Positions 1 through 13,865 of a stretch of 64,000 bases of DNA are shown here, piece by piece. Location: contig JBODTK010000011.1 of assembly GCA_050613775.1 (NCBI GenBank), forward strand, positions 248,001 through 312,000, in the 5' to 3' direction. The notes below the pieces were generated by a model, which had not been told where the DNA came from, searched no databases, and worked only from the letters and a program-made list of their open reading frames with translations. Source of the stretch: Neocallimastix sp. 'constans'. Its lineage: Eukaryota. Within the stretch, counting starts at the first letter, position 1. Each line of letters starts with the position of its first letter. The position numbers were made by a program, and so were the translations under genes.

Positions 1-53
1 ATTGTAATTTCTTTAATTTATAATAAATTTTATTTAAGAAAATAGAGTTTAAA

Positions 54-1207
54 TTAATGACCAGTTTTTGAATATTCAATAAATTTATAAAATTGTGCCA
101 TATTATAAGATATATTGCTAATTATAGGTTTTATTATAGAATAATCTATTGTATGATTATTATCATCATCATCATATGTTTTATTATCATCATCATCATT
201 ATATGCTTTATTATTATTATTATTATTGGTATTATTATTATTATTATTATTGATATTATTATTATTATCTAAATCTTCATTAATCATATATTCAAATTTT
301 CTTTTTTTATTATTATTATTTTGAGATTCTTTAATATTTTGGGTATCTTTAGTTTTAATTGATTCAGGCTCCTTTTTTATATTATTAATAATTTCCTTGG
401 TTGCAATTGTATCGTTGCTATCATAGCAGCTTTTCTTTTGGAAAACCTTTTTTAAGCGAGAAAATAGATTATCCAAAGTTATAATAGAATTATTTTGTTC
501 ACAATGCTTTGCTAATATTTCTAAATTTACATTTTCTTCATCATCGGGAATATAAGTACTTCTCTTTCTTAAATATCTCTCTGTCTTAAAATATTTTGTT
601 TCAGGTATTTTATCCTCATTAACATTGTTTGGACATTTCTCTATTTTGATATTCTTTGTTTCTGGTAATATATTTTTATTATCATAATCTTCAATTATGT
701 AAATTTCATCGGATTGTTTTTCATTATTTATTTTTTTTTTTAAATATTTTTTGAAATATTCTTTTTTTTTCTATTTATTATGAATATAAAGAATAATTAA
801 ATAATAAAAATATAATGAATAATATAATAAATAAATAAATAAATATTCAAATAATCAATAGATAAATAAATAAATAATCAAATAAATAAATAGATAGATA
901 GATAAATAAGTAAATAAATAAATAATCAATTAAATAATAAAATAAATAAATAAATATAAAAATAAATAATTTAAACAAATATGGAAATAAATTTTTTTTC
1001 TATTACTTTTTCATATTTTTTTATATCTTCCAGAATTCTGTTCATATTTAATCTTAGGTTACTTTTTTTATGGAGAGATTCTACAAAATTTTCAATTCCT
1101 TCCATACTATTTTTAAACTAAAATATATATATATATATTTAAAAAAAAAAAAAAGAATATATAATTTATAATTTATTAATATTTTTTTAATTTTTTATTT
1201 TTTATTC

Positions 1208-1271
<64 letters not shown>

Positions 1272-1757
1272 TTTTTTTATTTTATTTTTTTTTTTTTTAA
1301 AAAAAAAAGATAACTAATTATTATTCATTACAATAGTAATTTCATTATTGGTATCAATTTTATAGAGAATTGGTCCCATGGTATAGTAATATTTATTTTC
1401 CTATGATTTTAATATTTTTTTTTTATTTTTATTTTTTTTTTTTTGATATTAAAAATATAATCGAAAATATTATTAATTATTAAATATGTAAATTTAATTA
1501 TTTAACTTTTTTTTTTATTTTTTTTTGTTAGACTGTATTAATAGTATTGATATTTTTACATTAGAATCATTTCCAACGCAATAAATTTCCATAAGGTCAA
1601 GATAGCTAATTTTATATTTATCAAACTTTTCTTTTGTAAATTTTCGAATATTTTTATGATCACGAATTTGAAGCTCACATAAAACCTATATATACATACA
1701 TACATATATTTATGATATAAATATATTTAAATAATAATTAAATAAGTTTAAATTTAA

Positions 1758-1795
<38 letters not shown>

Positions 1796-2689
1796 CATTC
1801 TTAATAAACAATAGAAAATAATAATTAGTTATTTGAATATTACTTTTAATATCTCCATTCTATCATCTGGAGTTGACTTTAAAATATTGTATAGACCTTT
1901 TTCAGGGACTAATGGATGATTTAATGGAAATTCGTTATCTATTATATATCCTAAAATTGTTGTCCATTTATATCTTTTGTAATATTAAAATTTAATAATA
2001 AAAACATATTTTTTATTACTACTATTATTGTTATTATAATTATTATTATTATTATTTTATACTATTTATTATTATTAGTTTATTTTTTTTTACATAAATT
2101 TGTTTGCATATATATATATGTAAGTTTACCCTTTATATTCACGCACTTTTTTGTATATAATTTTTTTTATAAATACTAAAAATAGCTGATAGATATCTTT
2201 TTCTGGATCATTTATGAATTGTTCTGGGGTTAATTTTAGGGCTTCCTCAAGACGCTTTCAAATAAAATAGTTTTTATTTTAAATTAATAAGTATAAATAG
2301 AAATACCTTTTTTTTTTTTAATTATTATTATTATTATTATTTATCATTTTAAATAAGATATAAATTATTGTGACTTTTATTTTATTTTATTTTATTTTAT
2401 TTTTTTTTTATTCTTTTTTATTTTTTTAGAAAAAGTTATTTACATCAGGTGTAATATATTTAAACTTGTAAAATTTTTCATATATATGTAAATAATAATA
2501 CAAGAAAATGAAATTTGGCTTAAAATATAAATATTATTTCAATAAGTATATCGATATATAATAATAATTTTACAATTTTTTAATAATAGTTTTTTTTTTT
2601 TTTTTTATATTAGTTAGTTAAATATGAATATTTACCTTTTTTTTAAAATCATCAGTTTCTTGTTGATGAGTACCCAAATTTAAAAACAT
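54..2689 (-). CDS. Divergent DDT/WHIM-domain protein (ISWI accessory subunit-like), 8 exons, paralogue A
   Basis: Manual GT-AG splicing gives MFLNLGTHQQETDDFKKK|PNFIFLYYYLHIYEKFYKFKYITPD|RLEEALKL...|GYKWTTILG...PDDRMEILK|VLCELQI...LDLMEIYCVGNDSN|ENKYYYTMGPILYKI...|FKNSMEGIENFVESL...|last exon 770-54, which contains the tracked ORF 54..476. Motif order matches DDT, WHIM1 and WSD, and the protein aligns with the neighbouring gene. Confidence 0.6.
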
Positions 2690-3341
2690 AGTTTAGGTAT
2701 TAGTATCACTTTAAATAAAAACTTTTAATGGAAAAAAAAAAGAAAGTGTGTAATTATAATAATGAAAAAAAAAAAAGCCTATAAAAATATCTAATTTTTA
2801 TTCGTTATTTTATTTTATTATTATTATATTTTTATTATTAACAAAAAAAAAAAAAAGATTATAAAAAGGAAAATGTTTAAAATTCAATTTTATGTTTTTA
2901 TATATATATATATATATATAATGCTAATTCACCATGTTTTCTTTTATTGGATAAAATATTAAAAAATATAAATTGAACAAATAAAAAGCAACAGCAACAA
3001 CAACAATAATAATAATAGAAAAAAAAAAAAAACTTAAAATTTAACCGTTAAAAGTATTTTTTTTTTTTTTTCTTATTTATTATAATAATAAACCACCACG
3101 TGAATATAATTAAAGTTAAAAATTTAAAGGATTTGTAATATTAGGTTATAAAAAAATATTAAGGTTAAAAAATATTTTATATTTTTTTTATCAATATATA
3201 TAATAAAAATTAAAAATATATATGTTATTAACAATATTAAATATATAAATGATTAAAATAATATTATATGATATAATCAATATAAAGTAATACATAATCT
3301 TGAACTTTATGTCTTATTTTTAAATGTCTTTTATTTGTTTT

Positions 3342-3381
<40 letters not shown>

Positions 3382-3599
3382 TTTTATTTTTTTATTATTA
3401 TTATTATTTATTATGGTTACACAAAATATAATAATTAAGATATAACGGATATTAAAAAATATAAAATAAAATAAAAAAACTTCCACATTTTTTTATTAGA
3501 TAAATTATAAATTAAATTAGATGTTATGTCAATACCAATAAATTAAAGAATTATTTTGTATTTTAAAAATTTTAAAATACTACTAACCCTAATTTTTAT

Positions 3600-3870
3600 T
3601 TCACTGAAATAAAATAAAATAAAATAAAATAAATAATGAAGTAATATAAAAGAGTAGAGTACTAATAAAAATAAAATAAAATAAAATAAATAGTAGAAAT
3701 ATAAATATAAAGTACAGATTTAATTAAATAAAATAAAATAAAATAAAATAAAATAAAATAAAATAAAATAAAATAAAATAAAATAAAATAAAATAAAATA
3801 AAATAAAATAAAATAAAATAAAATAAAATAAAATAAAATTAAAATAAAATTAAAAAAAAATAAAATAAAA
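3600..3870. repeat. (AAAAT)n microsatellite with an adjacent dispersed repeat copy
   Basis: Pure AAAAT array at about 3726-3838. The flank at 3690-3722 is the reverse complement of the AATCTGTACTTTATAT repeat also found at about 38060-38230 and 51831. Confidence 0.85.
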
Positions 3871-4098
3871 TAATAATTAAAAGGGAATAAAGTTAAATTA
3901 ATAATACTATTAATAATTAAAAAAAAATTAAATAAATTGTATTTATTTATATTAATTCATGATAATTAATTATAATTACATGATGATTTTATAGATATCA
4001 AAGAATAAAAAAAAATTATATATAATAAATAATGATATAATATACATTTAAATAATAGACAATAGATAAGAATTCATTGTTCATATGCTTATTACTAA

Positions 4099-4916
4099 CT
4101 ATTCACAATAACTATCCATAATTTCTTTTAATTGATTAAATGAATAGTATAAGCCATCAATATATAGCTTTAAAATTCTTTTATTAATTGATAATCTTCT
4201 TCTTTTAGTATTTCTTGAATTATTTTTTTCTTTTTCTTTTTCATTTCCATTGTCTTCTTTTTCTCTTTTTAATGTTGTTTCTCTATTTTCTTTCGACTTT
4301 TTATTGGTATCGTTATTGACAGTTATTATCTTTAATAACTTTTCAAAATTTTCTGTTGTTTCTTCAATTGTTTTCTTCACAAATACTTTATTGTCATTGT
4401 CATTGGATTGATTATTATCATCATTTTCATCGTCATCATCATCTTCAATAATAATAACCTCTTCATTTTTCTTTTCAGACGGCTTTGTTTTTACTTCTTC
4501 ATATCCAATAATTGAAGATCCAAGATATTTTAATTCGAATGGCGTTAACGGAATAAAATCATAGTTTTTTTTCAGTTCTGTACACTGTTTATTTTCTTTT
4601 ACCCATTCCTTCAATACAAATTAATAATATATAATATTAGTAATAATTATTAATATTTATTTATTACTTATTTTTTATTTTTTTGTTTTTATTTTTTTTA
4701 TTTTTATTATAATTATTATTATTATTATTTATTTTTATTTTTTATATAAAAAATATATATTATTTTGTTATTAAATCGACTTACTTCGTTTGCCATGTCA
4801 ATATATTTAAGTATTACGTTTTCTAATTTATCCTTTAACCTTTTTTCTTTTATATCCTCAGAATTCAAAGATTTAATTAATTCTTCTACTTCCTCTTTTG
4901 TATCAGTAACCTAAAA

Positions 4917-4952
<36 letters not shown>

Positions 4953-5693
4953 AATTGGAATAATAATAAATATTATGATTAATAATATGTGTGAATGATG
5001 ATCTTTTAAATAATATGATATAATATATACATATAAATATATATATATATATAATTTATTTATATTCTTAATATAGCAAAATAAATATAAAAAATTACAG
5101 ATTCAAAACATCCATTACTATGAATTCTATAGAGACGAGGGCTGTCAGTGTAAAAATAAATGCGGTTCTATTTATTATGAATATATTAATTCATATTAAT
5201 AATACATACATAATAAATTACTTAATAATAATGATAATAATAATAATAATGAAAATAAAAGAACAATCATCTTTTTTTTTGTATTTCAATGAAATATTAC
5301 TATTGAATCTTGACCAATAGGACAATCCATCAGATCTACAAGTGTTAAGTTATGGGTTACTTTTCCATAAATTAATTTTATATTTTCTTGAACTTTTTCA
5401 CTAAACTTTATTTGAAATAGGCATAAAAGCTGGATAGTATTAATTGAGGTTAGTAATAATTAAATAAAATTTTTAATTATTCTTCATTAATCGATTTACT
5501 TTTTTTTTTTATAAAACAAAGAAGAAGATACCTTTAGAATCATTATTTTTTTTCTAGTAGAGCAGTTTAAAAATGGATTGTCTTTTCTATAATGAAAAAA
5601 CAAAGGATTTTCTTGGATTTTTTTACTTTCAATTTGATCTTCAAAGAAGTCATATAAAAAATCTTCCCAGTTATCAAAACTTTGAATTGATTT

Positions 5694-5771
<78 letters not shown>

Positions 5772-6236
5772 GTTGTTGTTGTTATTGTTATTATTAATAT
5801 TATTTTTAATTTTTTTGAAAAAAAAATATAAAATTAGCAAAATAATTATATATATATATATTCTTTTTTTTTAAAAAAAAGAATTTATGATTAATAAATA
5901 TATATATAATTACTTTATAGAGTCAACATTATTTGGGTATAAATTTCTTAAAAATACTATAATAATAGTTCTTAGAATTATAAGAGATGGATACCCTCTC
6001 TCGGTTAAAGCTTTTTCTATTTCCTATAATGTAATATATATTTTATATTAAACAAAATTATAATTTTAATTATTATATTAAAAGTAAAAGTATGAAAAAA
6101 AAAAATTTCTTTTTTATACCAATGGAGTGAATTGAGGGAAAATTGTACTAAATTTTCTACAAAAGAAATATACATATGCTAAATCTGGCTTATTAAAAAA
6201 AAAAAAAAAAAAAAAAATTTAATAATAGTGAATTAG

Positions 6237-6284
<48 letters not shown>

Positions 6285-6411
6285 GCATATATACATTTTT
6301 TTTAATTTCTATTTAAACTTTTATATATATATATATATAAATATTTTAAAGAATATTCATTAAAAGGTTTAAAATCTTATTATATACATACATAGTTTGA
6401 TATACTATCAT
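4099..6411 (-). CDS. DDT/WHIM1/WSD-domain protein (CECR2/RSF1/Ioc3-like ISWI partner), 8 exons, paralogue B
   Basis: Spliced product: |PDLAYVYFFCRKFSTIFPQFTPL|EIEKALTE...IVFLRNL...|FDNWEDFL...NPFLNCSTRKKIMILK|LLCLFQI...PIGQDSI|NRIYFYTDSPRLYR...|VTDTKEEVEELIKSL...EKRLKDKL. This follows the DDT helices, WHIM1 and the PIGxD..RxYxY WSD motif. The start codon (6411) is tentative. Confidence 0.7.
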
Positions 6412-6479
6412 CGAATGGAGTTAATACAACCATTTATACCAACAATGAATTAAAATTATATAATAAAAATGAAATAAAT

Positions 6480-6528
<49 letters not shown>

Positions 6529-7299
6529 GAAATAATAATAATAATTAAAAAAAAGTAATAATTATAAAAAAAGAAATAATAATTATAATAATAATAATAA
6601 AAAGAAAAAGAAATAATAATAATAATAAAAAGAAATAAAAAAAAAATAATAAAAATAAAATAAAAAAAAAAGGAAATAAAAAAAAAAGAAATAAAAGAAA
6701 AAAGAAATAAAAATAATAATAATAACTATATATGTTACATATAAAGCTAATTAATGGTTATATTTATGATATATTGTCATTATAATTTAATTGGATATGT
6801 AATTATATATTAAATAAATTGTATATAAAATTAAAATTATATATAATCTATTATATATAATGAATTATAATACAATATATTGATTAATATGTTAAAATCT
6901 TTTTCATTTTTTTTTTTTTTTTAATTATTATTTTACAGATAAAACAATATATGAATTAATCTTATTTTTTTTACTTAAAATATAAAATATAAAAAAAAAA
7001 TATTAATAATATTTAAAATTAAAATTTAGTAGTTTGAAATAATTTTTAATTAAAGAAGACATCAAAGTTTGTTTGCCATGCCTTTAACCCTTTTTTTTTT
7101 TTGAAAAAAATTAAAAATTAAAAATGTGTAATATTTAATACTAATAATTGAAACTAAATTAACTATAATATATAGACAAATATAATATTATATATTATTA
7201 ATATTTAGTTTAATACAATTCTTAAATTTAAATTTAGTATAAAAGTTTAAAATATTTTGATATAAAATCAAAACAACGAATAAAATAATAAATAATTAT

Positions 7300-7515
7300 T
7301 TAAAGTATATCTTATTTAAAATATATATTATTATTCGAAATATATATTATTCGAAATATATATTATTTAAATATATCTAATTTAAAATATATATTATTTG
7401 AAATATATATTATTTGAAATATATATATCATTTAAAATATATATTATTTAATATATATATAATTTAAAATATATCTTATTTAAAATATATATAATTCAAA
7501 AAATATATTATTTAA
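7300..7515. repeat. Degenerate ~18-20 bp tandem repeat
   Basis: Repeated ATATATTATTT(A/G)AAAT-like units. Confidence 0.6.
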
Positions 7516-8648
7516 TACTGGTAATTTAATTTTTATTAAACTATACATGAATAAAAAACAATAGACATTTTAAGTTATTTCAATAAGTCCTTTTAAAAAT
7601 AAAATTATACTAATATTTATTACCTATAATCAATTTTAATAAAATATATTGATGAATAGATTAAAACCTTTTTTTTTTTTTTTTTAGTTTTAGTTAACCA
7701 TATGAGTTTTTTTTTTTTAAAAAAAAAAATTTTAAATTTTTAAATTTTTAAATTTTAAAGTTTTAAAGTTTTAATAATATATATATTTTAGCCAATAATA
7801 TTTGTTAACATTTGACATTTTTGAATAATAAAAATTTTAATTTTTGTTTTAAATGTTTAAATAAAATTTTAATTCCATTTTTTCTTATTCTTTTTTTTTT
7901 TTTTTTATTTTATTTTCTTCAATTTTTCGAACAATATACTCCTGTTTAAATTTTTTTTTTAAATATTGTCATTATAATTATATATTAAATTTATATTATA
8001 TCTGATTTGCTTTTTAATATCTTTTTAATTTAATCAGCCTCATGATAAAATTATAATAAATAATAGGAATCTTAAAAATTAGAATAAGCTACTTTTTCGA
8101 GATATTACTAGTTTTATTGATATATTTTAAAAAGTATTTAGTTTTTTTTTTTTTTTTTTTTTTTAAATTTTATAGATTAAAAGGTTTTATTATTATAATA
8201 ATTATTATTATTATTTATCTTATGGATTTTGATAATACTTAAATATTAAAAGTTTTTTATTTTTAATTAGTTATTAATTTATTTATTATGGATTTAATAA
8301 TAATATATATAATTTTTTTTTTTTTTACTTTGTCATATTTACAGAATTAAGCTCTAGGTGAGAATATTAATTTATTAAAATATACACATGAGATTACTAA
8401 TATTATAATCACTGTTCATTTTAATAATGTAATATTATATGAAATACTCTTTTTTAAAAAGTATTAAAACCAATAGACTATTTTTAAATTTAAACAATAT
8501 AGTCTAACTTGCTAATGATTGATATGATAATATTATATATTTCAATTCATCATAGTAAAAATAGGTTAAAATTTAATGTGAAAGAGTATATACATAAGAA
8601 TTAATGTAAAAAAGAAATATGTATTATTTAATATATAAAAATGTCTTT

Positions 8649-8685
<37 letters not shown>

Positions 8686-9462
8686 GACTAATTAGATATT
8701 ACTAAAAATAATATTTTATAAATTAATAAAATTCAAATATCATTTTATTTTATTTTTTTTTATATTTATCATATAAAATTTTTATTAAAATTAAGGGGAA
8801 AAATTAATAAACTTACTATACAGGTATAAAAATTAAAATATCATATTTATAACTTAATTAATATATAAATAGTCTTTATAAGAATAATTATACTTATTTT
8901 AAAAATATATTTTAAATCATTCAGAGTAAGTATGTTATTTTTACTTCTTATGTACTTTGTTAAGTACTAATATACTAATATATTAAAAATTAAAATTATT
9001 TTTTCTTAATTTACTTTTGTTTATACAATTAACCATATTAATTTGATATTCCTTTATATATATATAAATAAATATATTAAAAAAAATATTTAAAACTATA
9101 CATATATATTTTTTAAAAAAAAAAAAAAAAAAAAAAAAGAATTTCAAGAAAAATAAGTGGCGTATTATCTTCATGAAGTTTTGCTAATTTTTTTTTTAAA
9201 TTAATAGTAAATATTTGGTAAAAAAAAGTTTTAATAATATTAAAAAAAAAATAAATAAATAAATCTTTTTATTAAATTTTTTTTAATTGTTATATTAATT
9301 TCATGATAAATTATGGTACAGAGATTATAAAAAAAAAAAAAAAAAAATGATATATTGATTTACTTAACATTCTATATTATTATTCCTTTTCTTTTATTTT
9401 TATTTTTATTTTTTATTTTATTTTTCATCTTGATTTAATATATCTTGATATTAAAAAAGAAA

Positions 9463-9505
<43 letters not shown>

Positions 9506-10154
9506 TAAAATTTATTATTATTTGTCTTTTATATAATATATAATATATATATATAAATATATATATAAATATATAAATAGAATTTCCAAACTTTATTCGT
9601 TTATTAATATGAATATAAAAATACCGAATTGAATCAAAAAATATTAATAAATATTTTAAAGAGTTTAGATTGGTAATTAGTAAATATTGGAAATATTCAA
9701 TTTATTTTTTTTTTTTTTTTAATTTATTATTATATCATTTATTTTAATTTTAAACTATTCATTTTTATTAGTAATAATAAAATAATAAATTAATAATAGG
9801 TAAAATAATTATAAATTATACTAATAATAAATTAATAATAATAGTAATAATAATATAACATATATAATTATATAATAAATATATCATAAAATTATTAATT
9901 TTAAGATTATTACTCCTAAATATATTATAAAATATATTAAGTAAAAATTTTTACTTTTATCTTTTTTTTTTTTTTATTATTATTAATTTTATGATTATTA
10001 CTCCTAAATATATTATGAAATATGTTAAGTCTTTTTCTTTAAATAAATTAATTATACTTTATCCTTTTTTTTTTTTTTTATTATTATTATTTAAAGTAAT
10101 ATGGACTTAATAAATTTTAAATTTAAAGTTTTAAAAAAAAAGTATAGAACATAA

Positions 10155-10444
10155 TATATATATATATAAAGAAAGAAATTAATGATTTAATTATATCAAA
10201 TTTTATTATTAATGAAATAATACTATATATTTAAATATATATATATATTATTTTTAATAATTTAAGTCTCATTTATTATTAATAGATTGACATTATATAT
10301 ATATATATATATATAAAGAAAGAAATTAATGATTTAATTATATCAAATTTTATTATTAATGAAATAATACTATATATTTAAATATATATATATATTATTT
10401 TTAATAATTTAAGTCTCATTTATTATTAATAGATTGACATTATA

Positions 10445-10460
<16 letters not shown>
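10155..10460. repeat. 147-bp near-perfect tandem duplication bounded by (TA)n
   Basis: The block GAAAGAAATTAATGATTT...GATTGACATTA starts at both 10171 and 10318. Confidence 0.9.
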
Positions 10461-10475
<15 letters not shown>

Positions 10476-10943
10476 CTTAAATTAATTTAGATGAGAACAA
10501 AATATAAAATATTTTAATTAGTAGAAGATATTTACTCTTTATTTGAAATAAAAATATCAAAGGTTATAATTAATGATATATATATATATATCATTAAATT
10601 CATATTATTTTTATTTTAGAAAATAAATATTCTTAAAACCCAAAAATTCAAAAGTTGTACACATAAAGTATCATTTTATTTTTTCTCAGAGATAAACCAT
10701 TAATAAAATATAATTTGATTATATAATTTATCTTTTTAAATATTTGAAATGGTATAATTTAATTTTTAAAATTTTGATTATTTAATTTAACAGTAAATTT
10801 TACCATTATATATAACTTTACTATTATTAATTATTTCAATTAATAATAAATATCTATATGTATATTTTATGTTAATTTTGATTTAATACACAATAGTTTT
10901 TCATAATTTTTAATGGAACTAGTCTTTTTTAATTATTTATTTT

Positions 10944-10981
<38 letters not shown>

Positions 10982-12537
10982 AAAAAGGATTTTAAAATAT
11001 ACATAATCCCATTATACCATATTTTATATATTATAATCTTATAATCTTATATTAATTATATACATATTTAATATATATACTAATCATATATCCTATCTAC
11101 ATAAGTAATATGAAGAAATTATAAAATCTTGAATTATAGAGATTAATGAATCTTGCTATATTTCATTGTTTTTTTTATATAATAGTTTATGTTATATATT
11201 AAATATAAAATAGTTCTATTTTGTTAAAGATTTATTAAATTGTTGTCAAATAAATATAACTCATTAGTGTTTACTTTAATTTCTACAAAGTAATTACAAA
11301 TTAAAAAATATTTTTATCATGAATAATTAGAATTTATTAAAGTCATTCACTAAAGTATTCATTTTTTTAGTAAATATGTTTTAGGCATGATAAGAGAATA
11401 TTTTATTTAAAAAGTATTATTTATTTATTTATTTATTTATTTATTAATGATAATTATGATTATTATTTCTTTCTGAAATTATAAAAAATAAAGTATCTTT
11501 TCTTATTTAAATTCTCAACTTTCAATAGGTCTTATGTTTTAATAAAGGACTTTTTTAACATACCAATTTGACTTAAACTATTACTTGTACTCACTCGTAT
11601 AATTGGTAGTTTAACTTGGTAAAATAATATTTTTTTGAGAATTAGATAATATGATAGAAAATCTTTATTTGTCTATTTGTAGGTATATAAAATAATATAT
11701 TTACGTAATATGATTAACAATTTCATGTTTATTCATTTGGCAAAATATAAAACTATTTTTTGTAAAGTAATAAAATTTCAACATTTAAATCAATAATTAT
11801 AACAATAATAATACGAATATGAATAAGTAAAAAGATTAATTTTAATATCACAAAATATAAAAGTGAGCAAGTTTTAAAAATTAACAATAATAAAAAAAAA
11901 AAAAAAAAAAAACATATATAATTTAAAAATATTAATCATTTTCAAACATACTTTATATATAGTTTTAAGTAAAAAATTATAAACATTCAATATACAAATA
12001 ATAAATAATAGCATAAAGAGACCAACGAAAACGAATTATTAACAAATATAAATATATATTTTTTATATATAATAATAATTGTTAAATATAACACTTTAAA
12101 AATTAGAAATGATATTTATATTTTATTATGTGATATTTAATAATAATCATAGTAATAATAATAATTAATAATAATAATTAACAATCAAGATTATTATATA
12201 ATTATACAGTAATAATAATAATATAAATTTAATATAATATAAAAATGTATATCCTTATAAATTTATTCTAACATATGATGTCACATGTATTTATTCATGA
12301 TTTAATTTTATTTATGTATATGTAAACAATTGCTATACTTTACTCTTTCAAAAACTAAAAATAAAGTGTTAATAATAAATATTAATACAAAGCTATTAAA
12401 GTTATTATTTTGTCTATGTGTCTTTTTCTACCGATAGTCGGTTAATAATAACAAATAATAATAATAATAAATAATTATAATAATAATAAAAATAATAATA
12501 AATAATAAATAATAAATAATAAATAATTAAATAATAA

Positions 12538-13041
12538 CGTTAAGAACAATTTTTATTTAAATATATATTCATGTGTTTTTATACTCATACATAAAACTAT
12601 ACTACATTATTTTATGTTTACTTATTTATCACTTAATATATAGTTATTATTATAGTAACACTTCACCTCAAATTTATTTTTATATTTGTATTGATATAAT
12701 AGTTTAATTAAAAATATAATTTGCAAAAATAGTCATTTTATTTCCATTTACATCTTTTGTGAGTATATCTGCTATCATTTTATCTGTATTTATGTATTCT
12801 TACTTAATTCTGTGTTTATATCTTTTCTGTTAAAATGATATTTAATATCAATATATTTTAATTTTGTATTTAAATCCCCCATTTTCCATAAGTGGTTTTT
12901 TGCTTGATAAATTGTCGGTATATTATAATTATTTCTTGATCAATATTTAATAATTCTATAAGAAATGATATTTCTTATCTATAATACCTTCTTTATACCT
13001 TCTGAAATTCTCTGCTTCTGTTGTAGATGTCACAATACTTG

Positions 13042-13078
<37 letters not shown>

Positions 13079-13650
13079 CGACCAAACTTATTGCTGAGTT
13101 TTCTCATTAATATTATATACTGAGACATAGATTTTCTATCCTATGAGTCCATTGCAAAAATTCAGAGTCTGAATATTTATTATTTATATGACTGACCCCA
13201 TTATTAAACAATTTTGTAGGGCTTTTTTTTTTTTTTGTAGAATTTAAAATATTTAAAAAAATATTAACAATCATTTTCTTGTTAGATAATTTTGAACCAA
13301 TATCTAAAAGTTTTGGTTTCCTAAAAGTTTTGGTTTCCTACAACCTTAGCCTTAGCCGGTCAACTAGTTTTTAAATCAAGTTTCTCTTTGATCTCACCGG
13401 ACAAGTGTACATTTGTATTCATATTTATCAATATTTATATATTTTTTTTATTTATTTATTATGTTTTTTTTTTATTGTATTTTATTTTGTTTTAGAGTAC
13501 TGAGACTCTTGGTCTGTAAAAAAAGTCAAGAACAATTTTTATTTAAAAATATTTTCATGTGCTTTTGTACTAATACATAAAACTAAATTATATTATTTTA
13601 TTATTTTATGTTAATCTATCTATCGCATGATGTAGAGTTTGATATGAGGG
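12538..13650 (-). mobile_element. Internally deleted Ty1/copia LTR retrotransposon remnant
   Basis: The minus strand carries degraded copia RNase H (YSDSEF..DRKS..WSSKK..TSTTEAE; YTDN; IDIKYH; YINTDKMIADILTK). A purine tract GAGGTGAAG follows, then TGTT at about 12660. Two similar LTR copies lie at about 12540-12660 and 13515-13640. Confidence 0.8.
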
Positions 13651-13865
13651 ACTTTTATGCCCTATGAATTTTTACTTGTATAATTATCTTTTTTATTAAT
13701 ATTAATATGTTCTTATCCTAGAAAAATAATCAAAATTAACCTCTGTATAATAAATTAAGCGAAGGATGGCTATTAATTAGGATTATTTACATATAAAAAT
13801 TATAGTTTAATAATTACTAAATAAAATATAATAATATATAGATAATATTATTTAATTATAATATA

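Noticed and set aside
3097..3102. CACGTG E-box-like site upstream of the first gene
   Set aside because: A single hexamer is insufficient evidence for a regulatory call.
11080..11760. Coding-like composition suggesting a decayed gene
   Set aside because: I could not recover any recognisable motif or sustained reading frame.
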